A DNA stretch of 64,000 nucleotides, the filler included, from Diploschistes diacapsis (taxonomy: Eukaryota), in the NCBI GenBank assembly GCA_023645945.1. It is 12 parts of 12 records of this genome, joined end to end, with 100 filler letters (N's around TTAATTAATTAA, not from the genome) between each part and the next. Parts side by side here need not be neighbours in the genome. Positions count along the whole stretch, not along the records: positions 1 to 25,972 come from JALAIB010000193.1; 11 more parts are not named here. One strand, written 5' to 3'. The translations under genes and the position numbers were made by a program. Position 1 is the stretch's first letter; the number at the start of each line of letters is the position of its first letter. The notes below the pieces were generated by a model. That model did no database searches. It had not been told where the DNA came from and worked only from the letters and a program-made list of their open reading frames with translations. Shown here piece after piece: positions 11,690-23,323 of this stretch.

Positions 11690-12900
11690 CTGATGAGTCG
11701 GTTGAAGCCAAGCGAGACTGTCGCAGTAGACTCATTCGAACCATTCCCGAGTCCCATCACACCCCACCAGGTACTAGTTTGGAGGCTGGCGCCGAGCTTA
11801 GTCGCGCCACATAAGCAGGGAGGGGGGTCTTTTACATATTACATATATCTTTCAGTAAGACTACATACACGTTGAGCTTGTTTTTTTAATAGCTTCGGTG
11901 CTAACCTTGTGTTCGTGTTCTTGGGGTCACTTTCGTATTTCCTTTCAAGAAACAGTCCTTCTCTCTTGGCACTGTTAATATCGACAACTCTGGAGAAAGA
12001 ATTTCAAGAGCCGCATCTAGCCATGCTACGCGTTAGATTTGCAGCGTTTCAGCCTCCAGAAAAAAAGGTCCAAGCACAGGAGCTAGTAGCTGGTGGTTCA
12101 TCTTGTGAAGCTGCAGGCTTTCCCTCCCATCACTGCTTGGCTTGCAAGTTGATGCGGATGGACAAAAGTCACACCCCCTATGCCCTACACATCATATCCC
12201 TGCTATTATTCAACAAACCCCTTTCCCATTTCCCCTGCAGCTTCCATCCAGCCCTCCACTACCTATCATGGGCTTCAAGAGACCTGGCAGTCCGTCACCG
12301 TGGAGCTCTCAAAGGAATCATTGTCTCTCGTTAAATCGGGCCACCTCGCATCCTACTATGATATCCAATCAACAGTACAAGGAGCAATCGCCATTGCATG
12401 GACGGACGACTGTCCTTGGATCCCTCCATGAAACATAAAAGGGACTGATCCCACCAATAATTCTTCACCGCTGTTTGCGAGCGCAAATAGTACCTGTCTA
12501 ACTTGACAGCAATTCAGTCATTTGGGGGCTATATGTAGGAATGAAAATCCCCAATCTATGCTGGGATGTAATGTGATATGGGAAGTTAGGGAACTTGGCA
12601 GCTTGCCTCTACATGTCCGAGAGGATGTGACGCGCGCTATGCCCCGTGCGTTGGCGGAAGTACCTTTGCCGCACAGCGCCCGTGCAGAGGTACTTAGCTT
12701 CTGAGGTAGAAAGAAGCTTAGCCTAGAGAGCCACATCCTGTCGGAAAGGTGGAGATACTACAGTGGGGTCCTGCAGGTTTGTGTGTGTGGTGGCTGTAAA
12801 AGGCCTTTAAGGGTTAGCCAACCCGCCAATTATGTGCCAGGATAGTCGGGATAATAGATGCGGTGCTGTATGCGCTTCCTGTACGGGGAGTTTAATGTTG
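11690..12900 (-). ncRNA. Candidate long structured ncRNA, possibly telomerase RNA
   Basis: Many hairpins and long-range helices whose wobbles read as G-U on the minus strand, a CUAACCCU motif (12817-12810) and a GUAAGU site at the 3' end (11690-11685). No convincing ORF. Boundaries approximate. Confidence 0.35.
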
Positions 12901-13326
12901 AGATTCTGGTACAATACGCCAGTACAGGCAGTTACGCAGTTTTAGTGTTCCACAAAAGAGGCGAGTTGTAGGCGCTCCGGAACGATGGACAGTAAGCCAG
13001 CCGTTACGAGGACCAATGCTCCCCAGGCCAAGCAAGCTACTAAGGACATAGTCTATCGTTGGCCTTGGCAGTGGGTATCAACAAACATCATCGAAGCCTG
13101 CTAAAAACATGGGACATCAACGTCGCTATCCATCCCTTCCGTTCAAATCCCTTGGGCCAATTACCCAGCCGCATGTGCTTGCCGCGGTTTCCTTTCAACG
13201 CCTTGGTATACACAGTCAAGACAGAAGACGGGACGGCTTCCTCGCACATCCTTGAGTGCAACTCCCAGGCGCCCGTACCGTCGTGCATATTTAGAGGACA
13301 GCCAGCAATGGCAGGAGTCAAAAACC

Positions 13327-15231
13327 TCAAGCCAGGGCCGCCAGTTGCCCGTTCAACGTCGGAGGGTCATACTTGACGTACTTCCCCTTCCCCTTGTCGA
13401 TCTCGTGATATCGTTCCCAAAACCTCGAGTACATGGCATCCATCAGAGACTTGATCTCCCTCGCCAATAGCGACCGCACTTCCCTCTCCATCGCCGGCGT
13501 CAGCTCGCGGTGCTTGGCACACAGGCTGTCGAACATGACGTTGAAGTTCTTGAACTTGTCCTTGATCGCGTCCTTTCTCTTGCTGTCGAGACCCTTGACG
13601 AGCGAGGCGGACTCGTTCGGCCCGACGTTGCCTGAGGGAGGCCGCTGGCCCTTCTTGTCTTTACTTGTGCTGAGAGAGTCCATCAACGTGGCCCGTACAA
13701 GCTCGTTCCAGGGGTCGAGGCAGAGCTTGATGCCTTTTGCGCGCCAGCCATCCAGCTTGTTGTTTGGTTGGTTGGCGAAGAATGACGCGAGCTCGGAGGA
13801 GCGGATCATGCGATCTGCGACTGCGTGGTTGTTGAGGAGGAAAACGCCGGTGACGGTCTTTTGTTTGTGGATCAGGCGCGACTTAGATTCCAGGTCTTTG
13901 AACAGGGCTTCAATTGTATCTTCGGCGTAGCGGGCTAGCAGAGACGAGGAGTTGGGGTTGACGTCGAAAGACTTCAACGTTGGAATAGATGACGCGGAGT
14001 TGCCGGTCCCGGGCGACATCCAGTTCCTGTCGCCCACGGAAGACATGATGGAGCCCAAGGGGGCAGGATAGGCTGTCATGGCCTGTAAACGGGTCATGAT
14101 CTGGGCTGTGAAAGGTAGCGCGGAACCGTCTGTTGGGAGGTACGTCATCATGTTGACACGGCCACGTACATCGTCAAGCAGCTCAGCCAACGAAGTTTTG
14201 GCCGTATCGCGTACAGGTTTCACGGCTCCGAAGATCTCTTGTTTGAGCAGCCCGGTCCTCTTGTCAATTTCAAATGCAAGGCTGTTTACTACGCCAATCA
14301 CGTCGTACGCAAGGAAACAGTCAGTGGTGATGTTTTGCTTTATCTGAGAATTGAGGTCCCGCAGAGTCTTAGCAAGCTCAGTTAAGGCCTTGCTGGTGGT
14401 GTTCTCGAGGAGCCGGCCACGGTCGGAAGCACCAAAGATAGCACAGATATTTGTCCATTCTGCGGCAAAGCTTAGCTCGATTCCAGTAGCATAGGTTCCG
14501 ATGGCACATGCTCCTTGACGATATATGTCTTCCGTATTCTGCCTCCTGGCAGTACTCAAAGTACCGGAAGCCAGATTGGTCAGGCTGGCTTGCAAGTATC
14601 GTCCTCGGATATCAGCATAGATTTGCGGCGCACTGTTGGGAGCATTGCGCTGAGTTCTTGACAAGAACATGCGTAGTTCTCCGAGCTGAGCAACCTTTTC
14701 CTGGTCAAAGGTAGGGAAAGGGCGGTTACGAGTGATGAATTGCAGCGGCTCGACTGTTTCAGAAGAGCTCGCAATGGCATCTTCAAACAGCTCTTGGATC
14801 CTCTTGCCCCCAAAGTTAAGCAGCTGGCTTAATTCTTGCGCTGCCTCTTGATTGACACGCACTGGCGAGCGGCTCAGCTGTTCGTGCTTACCATCTATTC
14901 GTCTCAAGCATGCCAGATAATTGGGGAGACCGACTCGTTCTGGGCCATCCCGGATCACTCTCTCATCCTCTGCCTTCCCCTCGAGTGGTGATTGCATCTT
15001 GTTGATAGCCTCAAGCATTCGGTCAGCATTTTCCGTAGTGGTCTGAAGGTACTGAGTATCATTATACACTGGACCGATAGCGGCTTGAAGAGAGGATCCA
15101 GTGTCCTGAATCCTCGCCAGCGAAGCCTTTATCTTCTTGCCCAGCTCATCGTGCTTCTTTGCTTGAGCTAGTAGAACTTCGACCTCCGCACTTTCCTCGG
15201 CCGCTTGCTCCCGGGTGCGCCTATGAGCCAT
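13327..15231 (-). CDS. EXO70: Exocyst complex subunit Exo70
   Basis: N-terminus MAHRRTREQAAEESAEVEVLLA, TTDCFLAY, GVFLLNN, KDAIKDKFKNFNVMFD, C-terminus YHEIDKGKGKYVKYD. The ORF is open upstream to ATG 15459. Confidence 0.93.
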   Translation of the reverse strand: MAHRRTREQAAEESAEVEVLLAQAKKHDELGKKIKASLARIQDTGSSLQAAIGPVYNDTQYLQTTTENADRMLEAINKMQSPLEGKAEDERVIRDGPERVGLPNYLACLRRIDGKHEQLSRSPVRVNQEAAQELSQLLNFGGKRIQELFEDAIASSSETVEPLQFITRNRPFPTFDQEKVAQLGELRMFLSRTQRNAPNSAPQIYADIRGRYLQASLTNLASGTLSTARRQNTEDIYRQGACAIGTYATGIELSFAAEWTNICAIFGASDRGRLLENTTSKALTELAKTLRDLNSQIKQNITTDCFLAYDVIGVVNSLAFEIDKRTGLLKQEIFGAVKPVRDTAKTSLAELLDDVRGRVNMMTYLPTDGSALPFTAQIMTRLQAMTAYPAPLGSIMSSVGDRNWMSPGTGNSASSIPTLKSFDVNPNSSSLLARYAEDTIEALFKDLESKSRLIHKQKTVTGVFLLNNHAVADRMIRSSELASFFANQPNNKLDGWRAKGIKLCLDPWNELVRATLMDSLSTSKDKKGQRPPSGNVGPNESASLVKGLDSKRKDAIKDKFKNFNVMFDSLCAKHRELTPAMEREVRSLLAREIKSLMDAMYSRFWERYHEIDKGKGKYVKYDPPTLNGQLAALA

Positions 15232-15769
15232 GTTCAAGTCTTTGGGCCTAGCTGCCCATGTGAATGATACTGGAGGAGGCCCCACAAAGGTAGAGACGGT
15301 CTTGTCAAACTGCTCGATTAAATCTATAAAATCTTTCTCTTTTTTTTGAGCCTTTGTTGGTTGTCCGTCGGAGGTTGAGCCATGGTGTGGCTTGGAAGCA
15401 AAGTCGCCCATGGCTGGTGTATCTAGCGGTTCTGAGTCTTCCGCTCGCTGGTTGGTCATTCAAGCGAGACTGTTATCTGGAGCAGATGAAGTGTGGCGCT
15501 AGCTGTGACTTCCCCTGTCTTGTCGCGTCAACAATTTTCACAAACACGAGATACGCAATGATTATTCATGGTGTTACAGCTACAAGTCTTCCGTGAAAGC
15601 ATCATGGAGAACATGTTTCATGCACTTCATTGACACAGATGAAACCTGTGTATGCCAACTTGTCCGGCATGATAAGGAGTATGCCAGGTTCATCTCCTTC
15701 CTGATCTCTTCATGAGCTTCGGTTTCTTGAAGCTCCTAATGCAATTCTCGAGCCCAAGTCAATGTTAAC

Positions 15770-18037
15770 ATGAGTTATCGTTTCCTATACCATCTCAGAT
15801 CCGTCCACATTGTCCCCATTAGCGCTGTTTCCGTCTACTTCCTCTTCACTTCAAGCGCTCGGGAACGACATGTATCCCATCTTGACGCGCCCCCTAACCG
15901 AAAATGGGTCGAAGGTAGGACTGTTGCTGCTGCCAACAGTCAAGACAAGGAAAACTTGAAGATAGCTGCGTCTGGGAAGTCTTTGCCAAGCGGAACATCC
16001 GATCATGATAATAAGGCTTGGTTCGAGCACGACGACGATGCTGCATGGCGGTCTTTTTCCTCAAAGTTCAGCGAGATAGGCTCTTCCATTGCCTCTATCG
16101 AGTGGTCTAATATCGGAGATAAAGTCACCGATCTCATTGTTCCAGGATGGGCTCAAGCTCTGCCGGGCTACATACGGAAACTACAAGGGGAATTGGAGAT
16201 GGCCCCTGGATCTCTGGCGCAGGAGGTCTGGAATGAGTCTGAAGACCCCTATGTTAACCCAGAGATTGAACGAACTGCTACCGTGCAGATAGGAGACAGC
16301 CTGAGCGACGAGGAGATAGCTTTTCAGCAGGTCAGGAAAATCCACACCGCTAGGGCTTTGGCGAGGTACTTAGGTATCCCCGAAAGTGAAATCGATCCTC
16401 GCGATGTTCCCACCATAGCCATGTGCGGGTCAGGCGGGGGTCTGCGAGCTTTGGTAGCAGGGACAGGCTCCTATCTGAGTGCTCACGAAGCTCACCTGTT
16501 TGATTGCGTGACTTACACTGCTGGCGTCAGTGGAAGCTGTTGGCTTCAGTCACTTTACTATTCGAGCTTAAGCAGGCAAAGCCATCAGACAATCATCGAT
16601 CACCTGAAAAAGCGAATAAATATTCATATCGCATTCCCGCCACCGGCGCTACGCCTATTGACTCAGGCACCAACAGACAAATTTCTTCTCTCGGGATTGA
16701 TTGAGAAGGCCAAGGGTGACCCGAAAGCCGACTTCGGCTTCGTGGATGTCTATGGGCTTCTTCTTGCGGCTAGACTTTTAGTACCGCGAGGGGAGTTAGA
16801 GATTGACCCGACAGATCTAAAGCTGTCAAATCAGCGTCGATTCATCAATGATGGAACGCATCCGCTACCCTTATATACAATGGTTCGACATGAGGTATCC
16901 AAGAAGGTATCGGATGAAGATCACAACAACAAGCAATCATGGTTTTCTTGGTGGGAAATCTCGCCGTATTACCTATGGTGCGAGGAATTTGGTGCCGGTA
17001 TCCCAACCTGGAGCCTAGGAAGACAGTTCAAGAACGGCGTCAGTCTCCCGCGAGAAAGTGGCTACCACCTCCCTGAGATGCGCATCCCCCAGCTCTTCGG
17101 AATCTGGGGCTCCGCCTTTTGCGCAACCCTTGCACACTACTACAAAGAAGTCCGGCCTGTCTTGCAAGGTATTGTCGGCTTTGGCACTATCGACGCGCTC
17201 CTAACAGAGCACAACGAAAACCTCGTTAAGCTACATCCAATTGACGCAGCCTCTATTCCCAACTTTGCTCTAGGATTGGAGAACCAACTATCCACAAGCT
17301 GCCCAGCCGATATATCTAAAACTTCTCACTTACGTCTCATGGACGCTGGCATGTCTAACAATCTCCCTATCTACCCTCTATTACGACCTGGTCGTGACGT
17401 TGACATAATCATCGCTTTTGATGCCTCAGCAGACATTAAGAAGGAAAATTGGCTGTCAGTGGCGAATCATTACGCCCAAGAGCGCGGCATCAGAGGCTGG
17501 CCCGCTGGCATCGGCTGGCCACAGGCAAACCACCTGCGCGAGAAACTCGAAAGAGATGTCGAGGCTGCAGCGCCCCAAGACTCTACCTTACCAACATCAA
17601 CTGCGGATGACCAACGTGGCATACAGCCAGCAAACCCAGGATCTGACCTTGGGTACTGTACAATCTGGCTTGGTTCTTCCAGCGCATCCGCGACCCGCAT
17701 CCCACCCTCCTTTGACTGGTCTACTCTTACCAGTTTCGACTCCGACTCGGGTCTAGCCGTGATCTACTTTCCCCTCCTCCCAAACCCTAGGGTACCTGGC
17801 GTCGACCCGGACAAGTCCGACTTCATGAGCACGTGGAATTTCGTCTACACGCCAGAGGAGATCGACAAGGTCACTGCGCTGGCGAGAGCAAACTTTGAGG
17901 AAGGTAGGGAGCAGACGAGGGACTGTGTAAGGTCAGTTTACGAGAGGAAGAAGAGAGCAAGGTTAGAAGTGGAGGAACGGGAAAGCAGGGAGGCGTGGCG
18001 GAGGAGGTTGAGGGGGGGTGGGGATTTATTCCGATAG
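15770..18037 (+). CDS. Cytosolic phospholipase A2 / lysophospholipase catalytic-domain protein
   Basis: CGSGGGLRAL oxyanion loop, AGVSGSCW nucleophile, WGSAFCATL, LMDAGMSNNLP, FDASAD, FMSTWNF. Start may lie upstream. Confidence 0.9.
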   Translation: MSYRFLYHLRSVHIVPISAVSVYFLFTSSARERHVSHLDAPPNRKWVEGRTVAAANSQDKENLKIAASGKSLPSGTSDHDNKAWFEHDDDAAWRSFSSKFSEIGSSIASIEWSNIGDKVTDLIVPGWAQALPGYIRKLQGELEMAPGSLAQEVWNESEDPYVNPEIERTATVQIGDSLSDEEIAFQQVRKIHTARALARYLGIPESEIDPRDVPTIAMCGSGGGLRALVAGTGSYLSAHEAHLFDCVTYTAGVSGSCWLQSLYYSSLSRQSHQTIIDHLKKRINIHIAFPPPALRLLTQAPTDKFLLSGLIEKAKGDPKADFGFVDVYGLLLAARLLVPRGELEIDPTDLKLSNQRRFINDGTHPLPLYTMVRHEVSKKVSDEDHNNKQSWFSWWEISPYYLWCEEFGAGIPTWSLGRQFKNGVSLPRESGYHLPEMRIPQLFGIWGSAFCATLAHYYKEVRPVLQGIVGFGTIDALLTEHNENLVKLHPIDAASIPNFALGLENQLSTSCPADISKTSHLRLMDAGMSNNLPIYPLLRPGRDVDIIIAFDASADIKKENWLSVANHYAQERGIRGWPAGIGWPQANHLREKLERDVEAAAPQDSTLPTSTADDQRGIQPANPGSDLGYCTIWLGSSSASATRIPPSFDWSTLTSFDSDSGLAVIYFPLLPNPRVPGVDPDKSDFMSTWNFVYTPEEIDKVTALARANFEEGREQTRDCVRSVYERKKRARLEVEERESREAWRRRLRGGGDLFR

Positions 18038-19009
18038 GTTCTTCCGTGTCTTGGACGTACCTGGTGGTCTGAACAACTCGATCTCTTTCATCCGACACCA
18101 CGAATCATGGACATTCAATTCTCTATACATTAAATTACTTCCTTATAGAAAGATATCTCATCTTGCTTTAATGTAGCCTTGAGCCTCTCAGATAATCCAC
18201 AACTTATCAAGTCCTCTTCCTGCAGCTAAGGCATTTAGACGCCATGTTGTAAAGGATATTCAATTTTCCACTTCTCCCGCCCGTTCTTTAACCCTTCATT
18301 GTACTTTTTCCTCGCCCGAATCACGCATTTAAGAAGTATAACAAAGATGCACACCTTCCTTATCAGCAGCGGAACGATAGACCCAAGGTTAAATCGAAAA
18401 AGAAACAAAGCAGAAATCATACAAGATGATCCCTATCGATAGAGTCCCGCCGGAAATAGGAGTAGGGCGGCGGAACGGAAAGGAAAGGTCAGGTTTCTGG
18501 GATGAGCTCTAGAATTCAGGAAGTTAGAGCGGGGGACGCAGTGGAGTGGGAATAGGTAATGGTAAGAGAGCAGTTGTCGCAGCATGGGCCCTGCATACAG
18601 CAGAGAAACGAAAGGTAGAATAGGGTTGGATGGAGCGAGGCGAAGCAACGCCCATGCCAAAAACGTGAGATGCCCGGTGGGGAAGGGGAACGGCGGAAAA
18701 TGAAGGACGAACTCAAGGAGATAGAGGTGGATTTGAAGATCGAGCAGCGTAAGCGCAGCGCAGGAGGAGGATGCCTGCCTTTTTGGGATATCTCTACATA
18801 AGCGGGTTGGCTGCTAACGGCAGTTGGATGTTTCCCCGATTGCATTTCCCAGTTCTCGGACTGCATCTAAAGTAATGCCCCTTGGATGCTTGAAATATAA
18901 GACTGATTCTTGAATGCGTGAAAGCTCATTCCGACAAAGCAGCGCTTGGAAATGCCAATCATCAAGGTATCCTTCCACGACATCATACAATGTGCCCTTT
19001 AATGCCTCA

Positions 19010-21377
19010 TCACCCTTGCCTTTCCTCCCTTACAAAAGCCTTCTGCAGCGCCTCTCCCTCCTCGGGCGTCACCAGCTCCTCCAGCATCTGATGCGCGCAA
19101 TCCAGCACATCCTCCTCAATCTCTGCCTCAAAGAATGTCCCCTCACTAAACGCCAACCTTGACAGCACAATCAAATGCTTGTATACGCTCGTCGGCGGCG
19201 CCCTGAGCTTCTCCTGCAGATTGCCCACAGCCGAGGCATAGGCCGTAGTGAGATGATATAACATCCGGGTCGAGCCATTGACAAGTTCGGCATGCAGTTC
19301 GTGCCCGTGCCGCCATTCGTAGAGGTTGTTGAGCTCGTCGTGCATTACGCGCACGAGGCGGCTGATGGCGGAAGGGTGCTTGGCGAAAGCTTTGCCGCAG
19401 TATCGCTTCGTGCACATAATCTCGACGAGGGAGAGGATCTCGAGACGCAGATGGGAGATCTCGGAGGGGGTATAGGGTTTCTCGTCTTCGGCAGTGCGAG
19501 GGACCTCAATTAGCATGGAGGAGAGGCGATCGATGACGTGCTGCTCTGACACAGACTGGCTTGCGGGTGGAGCGACGATCATTGCGAAACTATCTGCTCG
19601 GACGCTAGTCTGGAGGAGCTTGACTGTGATCTGGATGTCGTCGAGATCTTGGGAGTTGCGAAGTAGCATGGAGATGAAATCGAAGCGCATGGACCGCCAG
19701 AAGCGCTTGACTAGGTCATCGTCTTGACTGCAAATGGTTACAGTCAATTCGAGGAATTGTAGGCACTCTTGTGTATCAATGTTTGGGTTGAGTGGTCGAT
19801 TATCAGAATTATCCGCAGCCGTCTTGCGTTTGAATCTTTTATAGCGAGGAATGATGTTAATGTCCGCTGTTCTCTGAGCTAGGTCGACTAATTCGTCCAT
19901 CAAACTTGACGCCACAGTCATTGACCCCTGAAAAAGAATGAATTGCATCAAATCCATGAAATATCGTACAGGTTCGTAGAAAGCCTCTTGCAAACACCGT
20001 GACCACAGGGACAGAACGATTTGTCCTACAGCGGCTGGAAAGCTTTCAAGATTGTCCTTGGCACTCAAAGGGGTCATCTGGTCAATGAGCAAGCCCGAAA
20101 GCGTGTTGCGTTGATCCGAAGGGAACATGTAATTCGCCAATGTCTCAAATGTCCGTTTTTCATGTCTTCCAATGCGCCTGTCAAGTAACTGTTGGAGGAA
20201 TTTGAAGCGCCCGTCAATGGGTTTTATTGCATCGGCGCCTTTCCTGCCCATGGCATTCAAGAGGTTGTCAGCTGCGGCTGCCATACCATTGCTTGTCTCG
20301 CTGAAATCCAATGGTTGAACCGGGCTTTCTCCAAGCACGTCGCGCTTACGCTTCGAGCCTGCCTTGAGAGCTGTTTTCCCTTTACCTGCTGCTTTAGAAG
20401 GCGATACAACCGCGACCTCGTCTTCATTAAAGCCATCACCAAAGGGCGCAGATCTTGGCTTCTTAGGAGTAACATCATTTCCACCTTGATTGCCCTTTGC
20501 ATTTGCGGCCGAATCTTTCTGTGCCCGCCGTACCTGCCATGTCTGATCGTTCCTTTCATGATCCAGAAACTGGTTGTGGGTGACTAGTTTCTCTCGTTCT
20601 TTTCTAGCCTGCTCGATCTCTAATCGATGCTTTTCATTCTCCTGGATATGCAGTTTCTGCAGTTCTTCGATCCTCGTTTCGTAGTCTCTGGCGGCTTTTG
20701 TGTGATTAGACCGAACGATCGAGATTTCCCCAGTCTTCGCAAGCAATTGGTCCTTCGCTGCTTTGATCGCATTTTGGAGACCCTCCTTTTCTATTCGAAG
20801 CTACTCTCGCGATTAGCACAATACCTTGATTCTTGGCGGCAAATTCTACCTGTTGTAGTTCAGCTTGCAGCTTTTCAACATCGGAAACGTTATTTTCTAG
20901 GCTATGCGTTCCTGGAAACGGCTGAGCAGCGGAAACCGGGCGAGAAGGTGTCTGGCCAGCAGGGCCGGCATTCCTATGAGGTAAGGAGATATTGCTGCTG
21001 ACCGGAGCATGTGTAACATTTGCTGCTCCACTTGTAAATCTGTTTAGTCTCCACCGCTCCCTTTGCGTGGTCTCGACAGTTGGTTTGTTCTCATAAGAGG
21101 CATGCGATCTATCAGCCAAGGGCTGTTTCTGCACGTTTGGCCGCGGGTCCTCTACCGCTTCGTCGTGCAGCCCATACTCGTCGAGAACAGTGCCATGGGC
21201 ATCTCCCTTAGGGACAAGACTAGTCCTCGGAGCTTGGAATCTTTGAGGGGCTTGAGGGAGCTCCGACAGGCCAGGATATTGCAGGATTGCTTGATCTTCG
21301 AGTGCTAAGAAGTCATCGCAGACAAGAGCATCAAGCTCATCATCGGAAAAGCCACCATCGTCGTCTGTGCCTGCCAT
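19010..21377 (-). CDS. rad26: DNA damage checkpoint protein Rad26 (S. pombe name; ATRIP/Lcd1/UvsD family)
   Basis: Acidic N-terminus DDGGFSDDELDAL..LEDQA; intron ~20849-20801 joins to coiled coil AKTGEISIVRSN; TPKK..PFGDGF..VSPSK; C-terminus LSRLAFSE..AHQMLEELVTPEEGEAL. Confidence 0.85.
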
Positions 21378-21794
21378 GCCATTTGTCCGAACTCATCCTC
21401 GAGACTGGAATAGATGTAGCGTGCTGACCATTGTTCTTGAATTCGATGGATGGGTTCAAGGAGTTAAGAGCGCCAAGCAATATCACATGTTAAGGAATAT
21501 CCAGAATTGCTCGCCCAACCTTTCGCAAGCTGATGTATGTAACCATGTACTTCACTCTCCAATCAATTATCTTTCCATATTGAGTTCCCATTAATATTAG
21601 GAAGTTAGCGACAAGAGTCACGCAGCTAGTGCTCTCAATCCAAGATTCTCGCAACAGATGTATATGCCTCATCAAAGCTGACAGCTCCAAGCTTGCGGTT
21701 TACTGCAGCCTAGCCCACAGCTATCCAACTTCAAGATATTCAGGACACAGGACGGCCCCACCGAGATAAAAGAGTGCCACGGACTTTTGTGACC

Positions 21795-23323
21795 ATGAAC
21801 AGGCGACGCAATGTTCAATTTCCCCATCGTGGAAGCAACGCACAAGATGGAAGACCCGGTGAACATGGACCTGGGGGTTCATCTCAGCCCAATAGTCCGA
21901 CATTACTACCTTCAAAGGACGAATGGTCGGCAAACGAGGTATTCACCAGTTCCTCCATTTCGCTTAATGACCTTGCTTTTCCGAAGTTCAGATCTGACAT
22001 CTTTGGAATTAGGAGCAGGACGAGTCCAAGAAGCAATCTGGCGAATACGAGAAGAAAAAGCAGACATTCATCACTCGTACGATATGGACATTTGTCATGA
22101 TAGCAGCCTTCTTCATCTGCATGTTCTCGGGGCATCTTTACATGATTGGCGTCGTCACAGCCGTACAGGTCGTATCATTCAAAGAAGTCATTGCCATAGC
22201 CAATGTACCCAGCAGAGCCAAAAACTTGAGATTCACACGAGCTTTGAACTGGTACTTCCTTGGCGCCGCCATGTATTACCTCTACGGAGAGAGTGTGATA
22301 TACTACTTCAAACACATCGTGCTCGTAGATAAGGTTCTTCTGCCATTTGCGACTCACCACCGATTCATTAGTTTCATGCTTTATGTTATTGGTAAGATTT
22401 AAGACAGTCTAGCTTTGTTGGTAGTCCTGATGGTATTGCTCTAGGGTTCGTCTTCTTCGTTGCTTCTCTCAAGAAGGGGCACTACAGGTTTCAGTTCACT
22501 CAGTTCGCATGGACACACTTGGCGCTCTACCTGATTGTTGTTCAAGCACATTTTGTTATGAACAACATCTTCGAGGGCATGATATGGTTCTTCTTACCCG
22601 CGGCACTTGTCATCACTAACGATATCTTCGCATACATATGCGGAATCACATTTGGTCGGACACAGCTCATCGCCTTGTCTCCCAAGAAGACTGTTGAAGG
22701 ATTCGTGGGAGCATGGATCTTCACAGTCATTGCCGGTATTGGTCTGACTGCCCTCATGACTCGTTATTCCTACTTCATCTGTCCTGTTAACGTAAGGAAC
22801 CATCTCAGAAACTCTTGCTTGATTATTAATTCTTATTCTTCAGGATCTCGGGGCCAACATCTTTACTGGCTTGAACTGTACGCCCAACCCTGTTTTCATC
22901 CCACGAGCCTACAGCATCCCAATCTGGGATCATGTATATACGTTCCGCATACAGCCCATGCAGTTCCATACTCTTATCTTGGCCACTTTCGCCTCCCTAG
23001 TAGCGCCTTTTGGCGGCTTCTTCGCCTCTGGTCTGAAGCGCACATTCAAGATCAAGGACTTTGGAGAATCTATCCCCGGCCACGGGGGGATCACTGATCG
23101 AATGGACTGTCAATTTATTATGGGCTTCTTTGCTTTTATGTATTACCAAAGCTTTGTCGCAGTATACAAAACGAGCATCGGAAACATCATGGAGAGCGCG
23201 ATCCAGGGCTTGAATGCAGACGAGCAGACTGAGGTCATCAAGGGGCTGACAAAACATTTGATCAACCAAGGAGCCTTGACAAACGTAGCTTTGGAGTGCT
23301 TTAATGGGATCTTAAGGTCATAG
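21795..23323 (+). CDS. CDS1: Phosphatidate cytidylyltransferase (CDP-DAG synthase)
   Basis: Four exons; YEKKKQTFITRTIWT, LSPKKTVEGF and the signature KIKDFGESIPGHGGITDRMDCQ. Confidence 0.95.

Noticed and set aside
12515..12560. RNase MRP/P RNA (GAAAATCCCC and TTGGGGGCT motifs)
   Set aside because: The motifs are in the wrong order and spacing for the P4 helix.
3870..13300. Starship or other giant element
   Set aside because: No tyrosine-recombinase captain, transposase or bounding repeats recognised.
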